Under the pieces are notes generated by a model. It was not told where the DNA came from, did not search any database, and saw nothing but the letters and a program-made list of their open reading frames with translations. DNA of 24,000 nt from Shewanella putrefaciens (lineage in GTDB: Bacteria; Pseudomonadota; Gammaproteobacteria; Enterobacterales; Shewanellaceae): the NCBI RefSeq assembly GCF_016406305.1, contig NZ_CP066369.1, positions 4,431,894-4,455,893 on the forward strand, read 5' to 3'. This document shows, one piece after another, positions 6,996 to 15,925 of the stretch. The position numbers were made by a program, and so were the translations under genes. The number at the start of each line of letters is the position of its first letter. The stretch's first letter is position 1.

Positions 6996-9800
6996 TTAAT
7001 GCTGGCGACGCCAAGCAAATAATCCAAGGAATGCGAGACTTAACCATCCTAAACTGCCGCCACCTGAACTTTCCTTGGCTGGCGGAGAGACGGGGGCGGT
7101 CACAGTGATAGTCTTACTGCTGCTAGCCTGACTATTCTGTTCATCACTGACCTTCAATGTCACTGTATAAGTCCCCGCTTTCGCATAAGTATGGCTGGGT
7201 GCGACAGCGGTGCTAGTTAAACCATCACCAAAATCCCATGCATAGGTTAAGTTGCCTGAACCGCCCGCGGACGTATTAGTGAAACTCACAGTCAACTGGT
7301 TAGCCGTGTGAGAAAAGTTAACCGAGAGAGGCAAAGTGATCACTAGGGCTTGAGTGGCCGTGGCCTGGTTACCCTTAGCATCGGTCACCGTCAGCGTGAT
7401 AGTGTAATTGCCCCCATTGGTATAAGTGTAAGTCGTTGAGGCAAGCGTGCTTGAAGCCCCCGCAACCCCAAAGTCCCACCCATAGCTATAACTACCTTCT
7501 CCCCCTTGGGCAACCGCCGAGACAGCCACGGTTTGACCCGTTTGAACTAAGGTAATCGCGGCAGTTAATGGGGTTAACCCAGGATCGGCATTGGCATTTG
7601 CTAAGCGGATCACCGCCGTGCTGTTGTTACTCGCCTGGGATAACACTTCCATAGTCACCCCCAGTTTTTGTAACACCATCCCCGATTGAGGTTGCAGCGG
7701 CGCACTGTAATCTAAGCTGTCATCGAATAAGGTAACCGCACTCAGCTGATTATCACCATCATAGGCGGTTTGCCTTACCGTGCTAAAGGCGGCATCGCGG
7801 ATCTGCTCATCGGTCGAACGAGTGCCTATCATATTTTGGTCGGCATCAATCACCCCAATCAAACTATGGCCAGCATGGCTAGACACATTATTGTCACTGT
7901 AGCCATAGTCTTCTAGCCACAGCAATACACCGGGATCATAACCTTCACCCCTTAAACCCGCGTCTATACCATTGTGGCTGCGCAGCTGAATAAGATAGCG
8001 AGATGCGGCACCAGGGCGAGTATTAGTGATCCGGCTATAACCCGCCAGCGTGGCTTTATTCGCGACCTCGGCATTATCAGCATAAAGCTCACTCGAACCT
8101 TGTTTAATGCTGATATTATCTATGGTGATCCCCGACTCTTTTACCGCCTCATCGGTCACATAGTTAAATTCAATGGTGGCCGCCTTACCCGCATAACTCG
8201 ATAAGTCATATTCTAAATTCACCCAAGCATCGCTACCCTCAGCGACAGGAATAGTCGATGATTTATCGGTAATAATGTGCCGGGCGCTGTTAATCGTGTT
8301 GCTGGACTTAGTGTAATTACCCGCAATCGCCGTACCATTCACTTTGACCTGCATATAGTCGTAGTCGGTTTCAATTTCCCAACTCGCCTGCATGGAGAGC
8401 GTAAGTTTATCCGTTGTACTCGGCAAATTAATCGTAAAGCTCATGCTGTTATTCAGCATATCCCCTTGGCCAGAATAGTACTGATAGCTGCCCTGATAGG
8501 GTGCTTTAAAGGGAATCGGGGCTACGGGTAATGGAATCGAAACCTGGTTAATAACCTCTTGATTAACCGCCTCATTCAGAGTGATTTCCATCCCTGCCTT
8601 AGGAATGCTCTCTAGGGCAATTTCACGCTCATTGAGCCACTTACCTTTGTATTTTGTCTGTAGGTATGAACGAGCATAGGGGCTAAAACCACTGGGCTGC
8701 GCACCGGGTATAGTCCCAGCCCAACTGCCGCCGGACATTAATGACCACAGCCCCACTGGCGAGCCATCTTGATCCTCAGCATCAGAAGTATCGTACTCGT
8801 CGGGTAGCCCTAGATCATGGCCAAACTCATGGGTACAAACCCCAGTTGCCGCATCTATAGGTTGAATAGTGTAACCAAAGACTTTTTTGGTCGACCCCGG
8901 AATACTGTAGCCCTGAGTGCTCTGGTCAACGTAATAACGATGGGACCAAATGGCGTTATCCCCTAATTTTCCGCCCCCGGCCTCTTCACCTATGCTGGAG
9001 TGAAAGATCATCACATGATCGATAATGCCATCGGGCTCGTCGTAATTACCGTTATCGTTTAAATCATACGGATCTTCAACATCATAGCTTGCTAGCTCAG
9101 CCGCCGACATACTGGCTGCGGCCTGGGAAACGGCTTCCTTGACCAGTTCAGTCACTTGCGTATCACTGCCAGTGTCAGGATCATTGGCGCCATAATATGT
9201 GGCATTTTGACTGGCGCTATACCAACCCTTTACGTCCCCAGTGAAAAAGAAACTCTTACCCGACACCTCCTGATAATACTGATATCCCGACGTCAGTGTC
9301 TGCCCCTGTGGGCCAGCAAACCCCGTCGTTGAGAAGAGTAAATTCTTATAGTGGGAAGTCGGATAGCTAGAGTAATACATGGCGGTATCACTCGCGGTTA
9401 AGCCATTGTTATTAAATTTTAAGTCAGGAAAATCAATCAGTACTGTTAAAACTTTAACGGTTTTGGTCACATCGGCATCGGCCAATACACGCTGCGTTGG
9501 AGAACGCAGCATCTGGGATGATTGGGCTTTTTGCTGGCGGACATGTTCGGCTTCAACTTCGATACGAGGTAACTTAGGTTGTGCGACCATGGCTCGCTGA
9601 ATATAAGCCTGAACTGCGGCCTGCTTGATGCTCTCACTCGCATCGGCAGACACTTCGCCCCGCTTAATCAACCAATATAAAATACGATCTTTATTGATAA
9701 CCCCCGCATCCGCGGGCGTTTGCTGGGGCGCAGCCATGCTCGCGCCGCTGATCAATGCCAGCATTAATCCCAATGCCGTCATGGCTTTTGTTGTTTGCAT
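6996..9800 (-). CDS. Secreted M6-family (immune inhibitor A / PrtV-like) zinc metalloprotease with two PKD repeats and a GlyGly-CTERM sorting tail
   Basis: Signal peptide MQTTKAMTALGLMLALISGASMA. Zinc site HEFGHDLGLPDEYD is encoded at about 8817-8831. Two PKD-like repeats (YGWDFG...TLTVTD and YAWDFGDG...TLKVSD) are encoded at about 7076-7556. C-terminus is SSGGGSLGWLSLAFLGLFAWRRQH. The ATG at 9800 has SD GGAAGGA; the upstream ATG at 9818 lacks one. Confidence 0.85.
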   Translation of the reverse strand: MQTTKAMTALGLMLALISGASMAAPQQTPADAGVINKDRILYWLIKRGEVSADASESIKQAAVQAYIQRAMVAQPKLPRIEVEAEHVRQQKAQSSQMLRSPTQRVLADADVTKTVKVLTVLIDFPDLKFNNNGLTASDTAMYYSSYPTSHYKNLLFSTTGFAGPQGQTLTSGYQYYQEVSGKSFFFTGDVKGWYSASQNATYYGANDPDTGSDTQVTELVKEAVSQAAASMSAAELASYDVEDPYDLNDNGNYDEPDGIIDHVMIFHSSIGEEAGGGKLGDNAIWSHRYYVDQSTQGYSIPGSTKKVFGYTIQPIDAATGVCTHEFGHDLGLPDEYDTSDAEDQDGSPVGLWSLMSGGSWAGTIPGAQPSGFSPYARSYLQTKYKGKWLNEREIALESIPKAGMEITLNEAVNQEVINQVSIPLPVAPIPFKAPYQGSYQYYSGQGDMLNNSMSFTINLPSTTDKLTLSMQASWEIETDYDYMQVKVNGTAIAGNYTKSSNTINSARHIITDKSSTIPVAEGSDAWVNLEYDLSSYAGKAATIEFNYVTDEAVKESGITIDNISIKQGSSELYADNAEVANKATLAGYSRITNTRPGAASRYLIQLRSHNGIDAGLRGEGYDPGVLLWLEDYGYSDNNVSSHAGHSLIGVIDADQNMIGTRSTDEQIRDAAFSTVRQTAYDGDNQLSAVTLFDDSLDYSAPLQPQSGMVLQKLGVTMEVLSQASNNSTAVIRLANANADPGLTPLTAAITLVQTGQTVAVSAVAQGGEGSYSYGWDFGVAGASSTLASTTYTYTNGGNYTITLTVTDAKGNQATATQALVITLPLSVNFSHTANQLTVSFTNTSAGGSGNLTYAWDFGDGLTSTAVAPSHTYAKAGTYTVTLKVSDEQNSQASSSKTITVTAPVSPPAKESSGGGSLGWLSLAFLGLFAWRRQH

Positions 9801-10053
9801 CTTCAGTTTTCCTTCCATAACGACTTATGCGCCTCGGCCAAGCAACTTATTAAGGCTAGCGCCCATTGCTAATAAGACAAGTGCGCCTTATATACGGCAA
9901 GATAGAGTTAATTCTTCCAGCCTAGACAGGAAGAGAAGCGCCAACATTATCAGCACCACATCTGAGTAACAACTCGATATATTATTTTACAGAGTTGATT
10001 TTATATTTTGTCAGCATTCATTCAGCTAGCCGTCAATTTAAGTCTTCGGCCAT

Positions 10054-10092
10054 AAAAAAACCGTATTAACGCTAAGTTAATACGGTTTTTTT
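10054..10092 (-). terminator. Intrinsic terminator downstream of the MarC-family gene
   Basis: aaaaaaa-CCGTATTAAC-gctaa-GTTAATACGG-ttttttt: a 10-bp perfect stem with a run on both sides, 14 nt beyond the stop at 10106. Confidence 0.85.
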
Positions 10093-10105
10093 ACAGTGGA
10101 GCAGT

Positions 10106-10699
10106 TTATCCCGCGGTTTTCATATAATTTGAAACACCATCGAGGAACATTTGTACCGATATCATCACCAGTACCATCCCCATAAGACGTTCAACGGCGG
10201 TTAACCCCTTTTCACCCAACATACGGGTAAAGAGCTTATAGAACATTAGGATAACTGCACTCGCTCCCCAGGCCGAGACTAAGGCTATGGTCCAGTCTCC
10301 CATGCGTGAACTGTCAGTGTGTGCCAGTAGGATCAATGCCGCGAGGATCGATGGGCCCGCCATTAGCGGGATCGCCATAGGGACGATAAAAGGCTCTTCA
10401 CCTGCGGCTAGGCCGACTACACCGCCAGGTTGCGGGAAAATCATCCGAATCGCAATCAGGAATAAAATGATGCCGCCCGCAATGCTCACGGATTCGGAAC
10501 GAAGATTTAAGAAACTTAAGATAGCCTCACCCGCATAAAGGAAGGCGAGCATGATCACTAATGCAAAAAGCAACTCGCGGATCAGCACCTTACGACGTTT
10601 TTTCGGATCGATATGCCGAAGAATTGCCGCAAAAATTGGCAAATTTCCGAGGGGATCCATAATCAGAAACAACATAACCGCAGCAGAAAATATATCCAT
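10106..10699 (-). CDS. MarC-family (UPF0056) integral membrane protein
   Basis: 197 aa and about six hydrophobic spans. The N-terminus MDIFSAAVMLFLIMDPLGNLPIFAAIL is the characteristic MarC-family start. Confidence 0.8.
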   Translation of the reverse strand: MDIFSAAVMLFLIMDPLGNLPIFAAILRHIDPKKRRKVLIRELLFALVIMLAFLYAGEAILSFLNLRSESVSIAGGIILFLIAIRMIFPQPGGVVGLAAGEEPFIVPMAIPLMAGPSILAALILLAHTDSSRMGDWTIALVSAWGASAVILMFYKLFTRMLGEKGLTAVERLMGMVLVMISVQMFLDGVSNYMKTAG

Positions 10700-10917
10700 T
10701 TAACTTTATCAACGCCTAAGCCAACATAAGCCCATATTGTATAACCTTTTCTCGCCGTAGGTCTGAAAATTTATCCGTTAAATGACGAAAGTAAATAAAA
10801 TGTCCTCCTCCAATTCGATGTAAAAATGTCAGTTTGGTAAATTGCCGCCAAGTCGCTGCTCATTTGCATTACAACTGGTATACTATGGCGTTTTTTCAGT
10901 AAATTTCCGTGGAATTC

Positions 10918-12549
10918 ATGCTCTATCTTCTTGCTAGTTGTATTGCACTCTTGATCGGACCCTTGTTTTACCGCTACTTTTCATCGGGCAGCGGACTACA
11001 AAAGGGACTCGATGGCTTTATATTCGTCTCCTTAGGCGGATTAGTGCTGATCCATATTTTGCCGGAACTACTGGAACATGGCGGCCTGCTCGCAATTGTC
11101 TTTGTGGTGCTGGGTTTATGGGGGCCGACAGCCAGCGAACGCTTATTCCATCGCTATTCTGAAATCACCCATAACCTCACCCTTTCCCTTGGTATTGGTG
11201 GACTATTACTACATACCATCACCGACGGTGGGGCCATGGTGTTAGCCCAGCAGGACGGTAACTCAAGCTTACTGGCCCTTGGGGTGATTTTGCATCGTCT
11301 TCCCGTTGGCCTAGCCATTTGGTGGTTACTCAAACCCCAAGTTGGCACCCGTTGGGCAAGTGTAGTGCTTACCGCCATGATGCTACTCACTGGTGTAGGT
11401 TACTTTACGGGCGAACAATTGTTATCGCAACTCAGCCTAGATAACACAGTCTATTTACAGGCCTTTGTCACTGGCTCGATTCTGCATGTCGTGCTGCATC
11501 AACCCCACGGTCAACAGGATACCGATAAGCAAGGCCAGTACGAATATCAGGCCGGCATTGGCAGCTTATTGGGAATTGGGCTATTAATGGCGCTGCTATT
11601 GATGGATTCTGGTGGTCACGAACATGCCCACCACGACCATAGCACAGAGCAGTTAATGACCTGGCTCATGACCATAGCCCCCGTACTCTTGCTCAGTTAT
11701 GCCGTCGCCACACTGCGTTTTAAATTGGGGTTAACACCACAGGACAGCAGCCTATTCCGCCGCTGGTTCCAACGCTTAGCGGGCCCAGAGGCGCTGGTGA
11801 TCACAGTGCTATTACTCGGCCCTTGGTTGGCACTATTTCAGCTACTGGTAGTTTTTATCCTGAGTGCTTATTTGAGCCACACTCAGGTTGAAATTACAGA
11901 TCCCCACACTAAATTACCCAGCCATGCCCTACGTTTTGGTTTTGCCCATTTAGTTGACCGAAGTGCGCCGTGGATCCTACTCAGCCTAGTGCTGGTCAAT
12001 CTTATCGGCCACCCATCCGTCCCCTTAAGCAATCCAATGTTTCAGGTCATAGTGTTATTGTTAGTCTTTTTACCTATGCGTTTCTGTAACTTAGGTGCAG
12101 CCATACTCGCCCTCGCCCTCGCTTATAGCGGTTGGAGCCCACTGGCCATAATGCTGCCTTTGATAGCCGCGCCTGTGCTCAATATTGCCCAGCTTAAATT
12201 GATGACATGGACACAGAGAGGCATTTTACTGGCGATCATTAGCGTCGCTTTAGTCGCGGCGCTGCGTTTGCCGATGTGGTTCTCATTGATCACATTGCCG
12301 GAAACTCTCAATCTAGTGGCATTACTCATGCTCTCAGGCCTCTTTGCCGCAAGTTTATTGCGCTTAGGCCCCCGTAAATTTTTACGTCGCCTGATGTTGG
12401 TAAAACCCACACCCCATGGACATTCCCACGGCCATTCACACGGGCATCACACCCATGAACAGGCCCATGAACAGGCCCACAAACACGCCCACCACGGGGC
12501 ATCGGCACAGAAGCAACATTCCCCTGCCGATAAACACAGCCACCACTAA
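10918..12549 (+). CDS. His-rich polytopic membrane protein, putative divalent-metal transporter (ZIP-like N-terminal half plus a permease-like C-terminal half)
   Basis: About 16 hydrophobic spans. ZIP-like motifs LLHTITDGGAM and ILHRLPVGLAIW. His-rich segments HQPHGQQD, GGHEHAHHDH, and the C-terminal tail PHGHSHGHSHGHHTHEQAHEQAHKHAHH...HSHH. The start is ambiguous (GTG 10909 or ATG 10918). Confidence 0.6.
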   Translation: MLYLLASCIALLIGPLFYRYFSSGSGLQKGLDGFIFVSLGGLVLIHILPELLEHGGLLAIVFVVLGLWGPTASERLFHRYSEITHNLTLSLGIGGLLLHTITDGGAMVLAQQDGNSSLLALGVILHRLPVGLAIWWLLKPQVGTRWASVVLTAMMLLTGVGYFTGEQLLSQLSLDNTVYLQAFVTGSILHVVLHQPHGQQDTDKQGQYEYQAGIGSLLGIGLLMALLLMDSGGHEHAHHDHSTEQLMTWLMTIAPVLLLSYAVATLRFKLGLTPQDSSLFRRWFQRLAGPEALVITVLLLGPWLALFQLLVVFILSAYLSHTQVEITDPHTKLPSHALRFGFAHLVDRSAPWILLSLVLVNLIGHPSVPLSNPMFQVIVLLLVFLPMRFCNLGAAILALALAYSGWSPLAIMLPLIAAPVLNIAQLKLMTWTQRGILLAIISVALVAALRLPMWFSLITLPETLNLVALLMLSGLFAASLLRLGPRKFLRRLMLVKPTPHGHSHGHSHGHHTHEQAHEQAHKHAHHGASAQKQHSPADKHSHH

Positions 12550-12571
12550 TACTGTTCATTTGTGGGTAGAC

Positions 12572-12608
12572 AGGCTAAGTTAATCCTATCGTTGGATTAA
12601 TTTAGCCT
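12572..12608 (+). other. 15-bp stem hairpin between the His-rich transporter gene and the NRDE gene, ending 3 nt before the NRDE ATG
   Basis: AGGCTAAGTTAATCC-tatcgtt-GGATTAATTTAGCCT contains one G-T pair and otherwise perfect pairing. It has no T-run after it, and no SD is visible between it and the ATG at 12612. Confidence 0.6.
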
Positions 12609-12611
12609 ACC

Positions 12612-13391
12612 ATGTGCATACTTTTCATCGCCCTTAATGCTCACCCTAAGTATCCCCTGATCATCTGCGCCAATCGTGATGAATTCCACCACAGGCCAAC
12701 GGCGCCGGCGCATATTTGGCCGCCGGAGCAAAATATACTTGCGGGTAAGGATTTACAGGCAGGTGGCACTTGGTTTGGAGTGAATAAGCAAGGCCAAGTT
12801 GCGGGCGTCACCAACTTACGCATGCCACAAAAACAGCAAGAGGCGATGCGCAGCCGCGGTGAACTTATCACTAAAGCATTGAGTTCGGGCTCATTGATTT
12901 GCCCAAACTGGCTCAGTGAACATTGCGATGATTATCAACCCTTTAATTTGGTTTTTGGCCAAGGCACCGATCTGTATTGTTTTAACAGCGTCAAGCGGGA
13001 GACGGTTAAATTAGCCGACGGTTTCCATGCGATTAGCAATGGTGCCCTCGATGATATTTGGCCTAAAATGGCCAAGGGGCAACAGGCATTAGAAGCCCTG
13101 ATCAAGCAGGCGAGCCCATTAGACGTGCAGGCACTTATTCAACTGATGCAAGACGACTCCCAGCCCCAGGATAGTGAACTCCCTAACACAGGCGTGGGGC
13201 TCGAATGGGAGCGACGTTTAGCGGCGATTTATATTCGCCACCCCGACTATGGCACCCGCTCCACCAGTATTTTGCTCGAAGATACATTGGGCGCGATCCA
13301 CTTTACCGAGGTGAGATACGATGGCAAAGGCAGACGGCTCGGGCAGCAGGATTTTCACTTTAGCCTGCCAACAACGCCCGTTGAACCCTAA
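12612..13391 (+). CDS. NRDE-family (TANGO2-like, DUF833) protein
   Basis: N-terminal MCILFIA...LIICANRDEF carries the Cys2 and the eponymous NRDE motif. The 259-aa length is typical of the family. Confidence 0.85.
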   Translation: MCILFIALNAHPKYPLIICANRDEFHHRPTAPAHIWPPEQNILAGKDLQAGGTWFGVNKQGQVAGVTNLRMPQKQQEAMRSRGELITKALSSGSLICPNWLSEHCDDYQPFNLVFGQGTDLYCFNSVKRETVKLADGFHAISNGALDDIWPKMAKGQQALEALIKQASPLDVQALIQLMQDDSQPQDSELPNTGVGLEWERRLAAIYIRHPDYGTRSTSILLEDTLGAIHFTEVRYDGKGRRLGQQDFHFSLPTTPVEP

Positions 13392-13415
13392 AGTTCGCGG
13401 CCCTGATCCAGCCCA

Positions 13416-13865
13416 TTAATCCGAACTGTGATCCATAGTGATCACCCAGCGGTCATCAATCTTTTCCACCAAGAGGGTAAACACGCCTGTCGGGGCATCC
13501 TTTGGACGGTGTAAATCCCATCGCCCAACCACCATGGCCGCATAATTGCTGAGCATTTTTATTTCTTTGATAGTGAACTTCAGCTCACCCAGCGCCTCTT
13601 TATTCGGATAATTTTTCTTATAGGCGGCGAGGGTTTCATCCCAGCCGTAACGAAATTTACCATTAGAAACAAATCGCAGTTGGCTACTCTTCCAGTAACC
13701 TTGCATATAAGCATCGAGGTCGCCGCGGTTCCACGCCTCTTCCTGCCCCTTCAGCATTTGGGCGATCTCATCCGTAGGTACCGCACTGGCATAACAGCTC
13801 AGCAGCAGTAATAACAGAGTGGTCCCCTGCAACATGCATTTTTGTATCCATCCTTTCCGTAACAT
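13416..13865 (-). CDS. Secreted SnoaL/NTF2-like protein (DUF4440-like)
   Basis: Signal-like LLLLLSCYASA. Pattern EEAWNRGDLDAYMQGYW...VVGRWDL...GVFTLLVEKIDDRWVITMDHSS is typical of DUF4440/NTF2-fold proteins. The start is ambiguous: 13865 has SD AGGAAGGA, and 13883 and 13835 are also possible. Confidence 0.55.
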   Translation of the reverse strand: MLRKGWIQKCMLQGTTLLLLLLSCYASAVPTDEIAQMLKGQEEAWNRGDLDAYMQGYWKSSQLRFVSNGKFRYGWDETLAAYKKNYPNKEALGELKFTIKEIKMLSNYAAMVVGRWDLHRPKDAPTGVFTLLVEKIDDRWVITMDHSSD

Positions 13866-14012
13866 CCATCCTTCCTGCAACATAGTAGCACTCCCCTAGA
13901 ATCAGGTTAGACTGTACTATAGCGAATTCGGCACAGACTATCCTGCCTAAGCCGATTTATAATTCAAAAAAGCTGATGATATTATTAATTTTTCGACTCT
14001 GAGCACTGAACT

Positions 14013-14576
14013 ATGTTTACAAGATTATGTTGCTGGCTACTGAAGATTTTGGGGTGGCAGATTGAAGGGCAACTACCCGAATTGAAGAAATACATTGTGA
14101 TAGTGGCGCCCCACACCAGCAACTGGGATTTTATTCTTGGCGTACTCGCCCGCGGCGCTTTAAATACGCGAATTCACTTTCTCGGTAAGCATCAGTTATT
14201 TATTCCGCCTTGGGGATGGTTCTTTCGCGCCATCGGTGGCAGTCCGGTAGATAGGCGTAAAAATAATAATTTAGTCGATAGTGCCGTACAGCTTTTTGAA
14301 TCTCAACCCGATTACAAGCTAGCGTTAGCCCCCGAGGGAACCCGCAGCCCCGTTAAACGCTGGAAATGCGGTTTCTACCATATTGCCAGCAAAGCTGGGG
14401 TGCCCATTGTTCCCGTGGGCCTAGACTTTAGCCGCCGCACTGTGGTGATCCACACGCCACTGCAACCCAGTGGCGATATCGCAACCGATATGCATGACAT
14501 TTTGAGCTTCTACCGCACCATTAAAGGCCGCCATCCTAAGCTGATACCTGATTTTGTGGCGGGCGCGAAACATTAG
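14013..14576 (+). CDS. PlsC-type (lysophospholipid) acyltransferase family protein
   Basis: HX4D motif APHTSNWDF and block III APEGTRS; 187 aa. Confidence 0.8.
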   Translation: MFTRLCCWLLKILGWQIEGQLPELKKYIVIVAPHTSNWDFILGVLARGALNTRIHFLGKHQLFIPPWGWFFRAIGGSPVDRRKNNNLVDSAVQLFESQPDYKLALAPEGTRSPVKRWKCGFYHIASKAGVPIVPVGLDFSRRTVVIHTPLQPSGDIATDMHDILSFYRTIKGRHPKLIPDFVAGAKH

Positions 14577-14592
14577 TGATGATGGAAGCTTC

Positions 14593-14634
14593 GGCGGCGT
14601 TTAGGCGCGATGATCAGCGCCTCGCCGCTATTTT
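14593..14634 (+). terminator. Intrinsic terminator after the acyltransferase gene
   Basis: GGCGGCG-ttt-AGGCGC-gatgatca-GCGCCT-CGCCGC forms about 12 bp of GC-rich stem with a 3-nt bulge, followed by tatttt. Confidence 0.65.
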
Positions 14635-14661
14635 AGTCAGTCGAGCTTAGTCAGTCGAGCT
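14634..14661. repeat. Perfect 14-bp tandem duplication TAGTCAGTCGAGCT (two units) spanning the ybdG-like stop codon
   Basis: 14634-14647 is identical to 14648-14661. The right copy encodes the terminal ...ELD plus the TGA stop (14651-14653) of the minus-strand gene. Confidence 0.95.
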
Positions 14662-15925
14662 CCTCAACCTTCACCGATTTTAAGCTGCGAATATCATTGC
14701 CCGTCGGCGCTTGAAAGGCCTGCAAGCCAAACTCTGGCAATACCGCAAAGATATGGTCGAAGATATCGGCTTGAATAGCCTCATAAAATGCCCAGCGGGT
14801 ATCGTTAGTAAAGATATAAATCTCTATCGGTAACCCCTCGGTCGTTGGCGCGAGCTGACGCACCATTAAGGTCATGTCCTTATGCACCTTATCGTGACGT
14901 TGTAGATATTCCTGCAGGTAAGCGCGAAAAGTCCCCACGTTGGTTAGATGACGACCGTTAACCCTCATATCCAAATCTGACACTTTGGCGTTCGACGCTT
15001 GGATCTCGCTAATCTTGGCGGGGAAATACTCTTTTAAACAATTGATTTTACTGAGACGATTCCGTTCTTCCTCGGTTAAAAACTTAATGCTGTTGATATC
15101 GATATTCACCGCACGTTTAATCCTGCGGCCCCCCGACTCCGACATGCCACGCCAGTTACGGAACGCATCCGATACTAAGGCATAGGCGGGGATCATAGTG
15201 ATGGTTTTATCCCAGTTACGCACTTTAACTGTGGTTAATGACACTTCTTCCACGGCCCCATCGGCGCCGTATTTGTCCATCTGGATCCAGTCGCCCTTGC
15301 TCACCATACGGTTTGCCGCCAACTGAATGCCCGCCACAAAGCCTAAAATAGTGTCGCGAAACACCAACATCACAAAACCCGTTGCCACCCCTAAACCACT
15401 GAGGAAATACACGGGAGATTGATCGGCCAGCACTGAAATCGAGACGATAAGCCCCACGAAGAACAGGAATAACTTAGTCAGCTGCACAAAGCTTTTCACC
15501 GGTAAACGCCGGCTGACTAAATTTATATCTGAAATTTCATTTACCGCATCTAGGCCGGCGTAAATGGCGCGGATCATCAGCACCACTAGCCAAATACTCA
15601 GTAGGCGGTCGACGAGACTACTCAGCACTGGGTGCTCAGTTAATGCGATAGGAACCAATAAATTCAGCACGATAGCCGGGACTAACATGGCGAGCTTTTC
15701 GAGCACTTTATAGCGCATAAACACATCGTCCCAAGTCACCTTAGAACGCTGGATCACCATATTCACCGCGCGAATCACCCCGCGACGCATAATAAAGTAC
15801 GCGATTGCCGCTAACAGTACACATGCCAGCAGCATCACACTGGTCGATATGCCGTCCGACGGCTGGCTATCTATTCCTAGACTCGCTAACCAGCTCGATA
15901 TTTCGAGGCGCATTTCCTGATCCAC
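14651..15925 (-). CDS. ybdG: MscS-family mechanosensitive channel, YbdG (MscM)-like
   Basis: 424 aa with N-terminal TM helices. The block GDWIQMDKYGADGAVEEVSLTTVKVRNWDKTITMIPAYALVSDAFRNWRGMSESGGRRIKRA and the C-terminal IQADIFDHIFAVLPEFGL...PTGNDIRSL closely resemble my recollection of E. coli YbdG. Confidence 0.8.
   Translation of the reverse strand: MDQEMRLEISSWLASLGIDSQPSDGISTSVMLLACVLLAAIAYFIMRRGVIRAVNMVIQRSKVTWDDVFMRYKVLEKLAMLVPAIVLNLLVPIALTEHPVLSSLVDRLLSIWLVVLMIRAIYAGLDAVNEISDINLVSRRLPVKSFVQLTKLFLFFVGLIVSISVLADQSPVYFLSGLGVATGFVMLVFRDTILGFVAGIQLAANRMVSKGDWIQMDKYGADGAVEEVSLTTVKVRNWDKTITMIPAYALVSDAFRNWRGMSESGGRRIKRAVNIDINSIKFLTEEERNRLSKINCLKEYFPAKISEIQASNAKVSDLDMRVNGRHLTNVGTFRAYLQEYLQRHDKVHKDMTLMVRQLAPTTEGLPIEIYIFTNDTRWAFYEAIQADIFDHIFAVLPEFGLQAFQAPTGNDIRSLKSVKVEELD

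Noticed and set aside
9625-9969. 114-aa plus-strand ORF overlapping the protease 5' end and promoter region
   Set aside because: It is antisense to the protease signal-peptide region, has no SD and no recognisable motif.
10700-10908. Zur, NikR or Fur operator upstream of the His-rich transporter
   Set aside because: Only a single half-site-like TATAACC was found, with no palindromic partner and no GTATGA-N16-TCATAC. There is nothing I can support.
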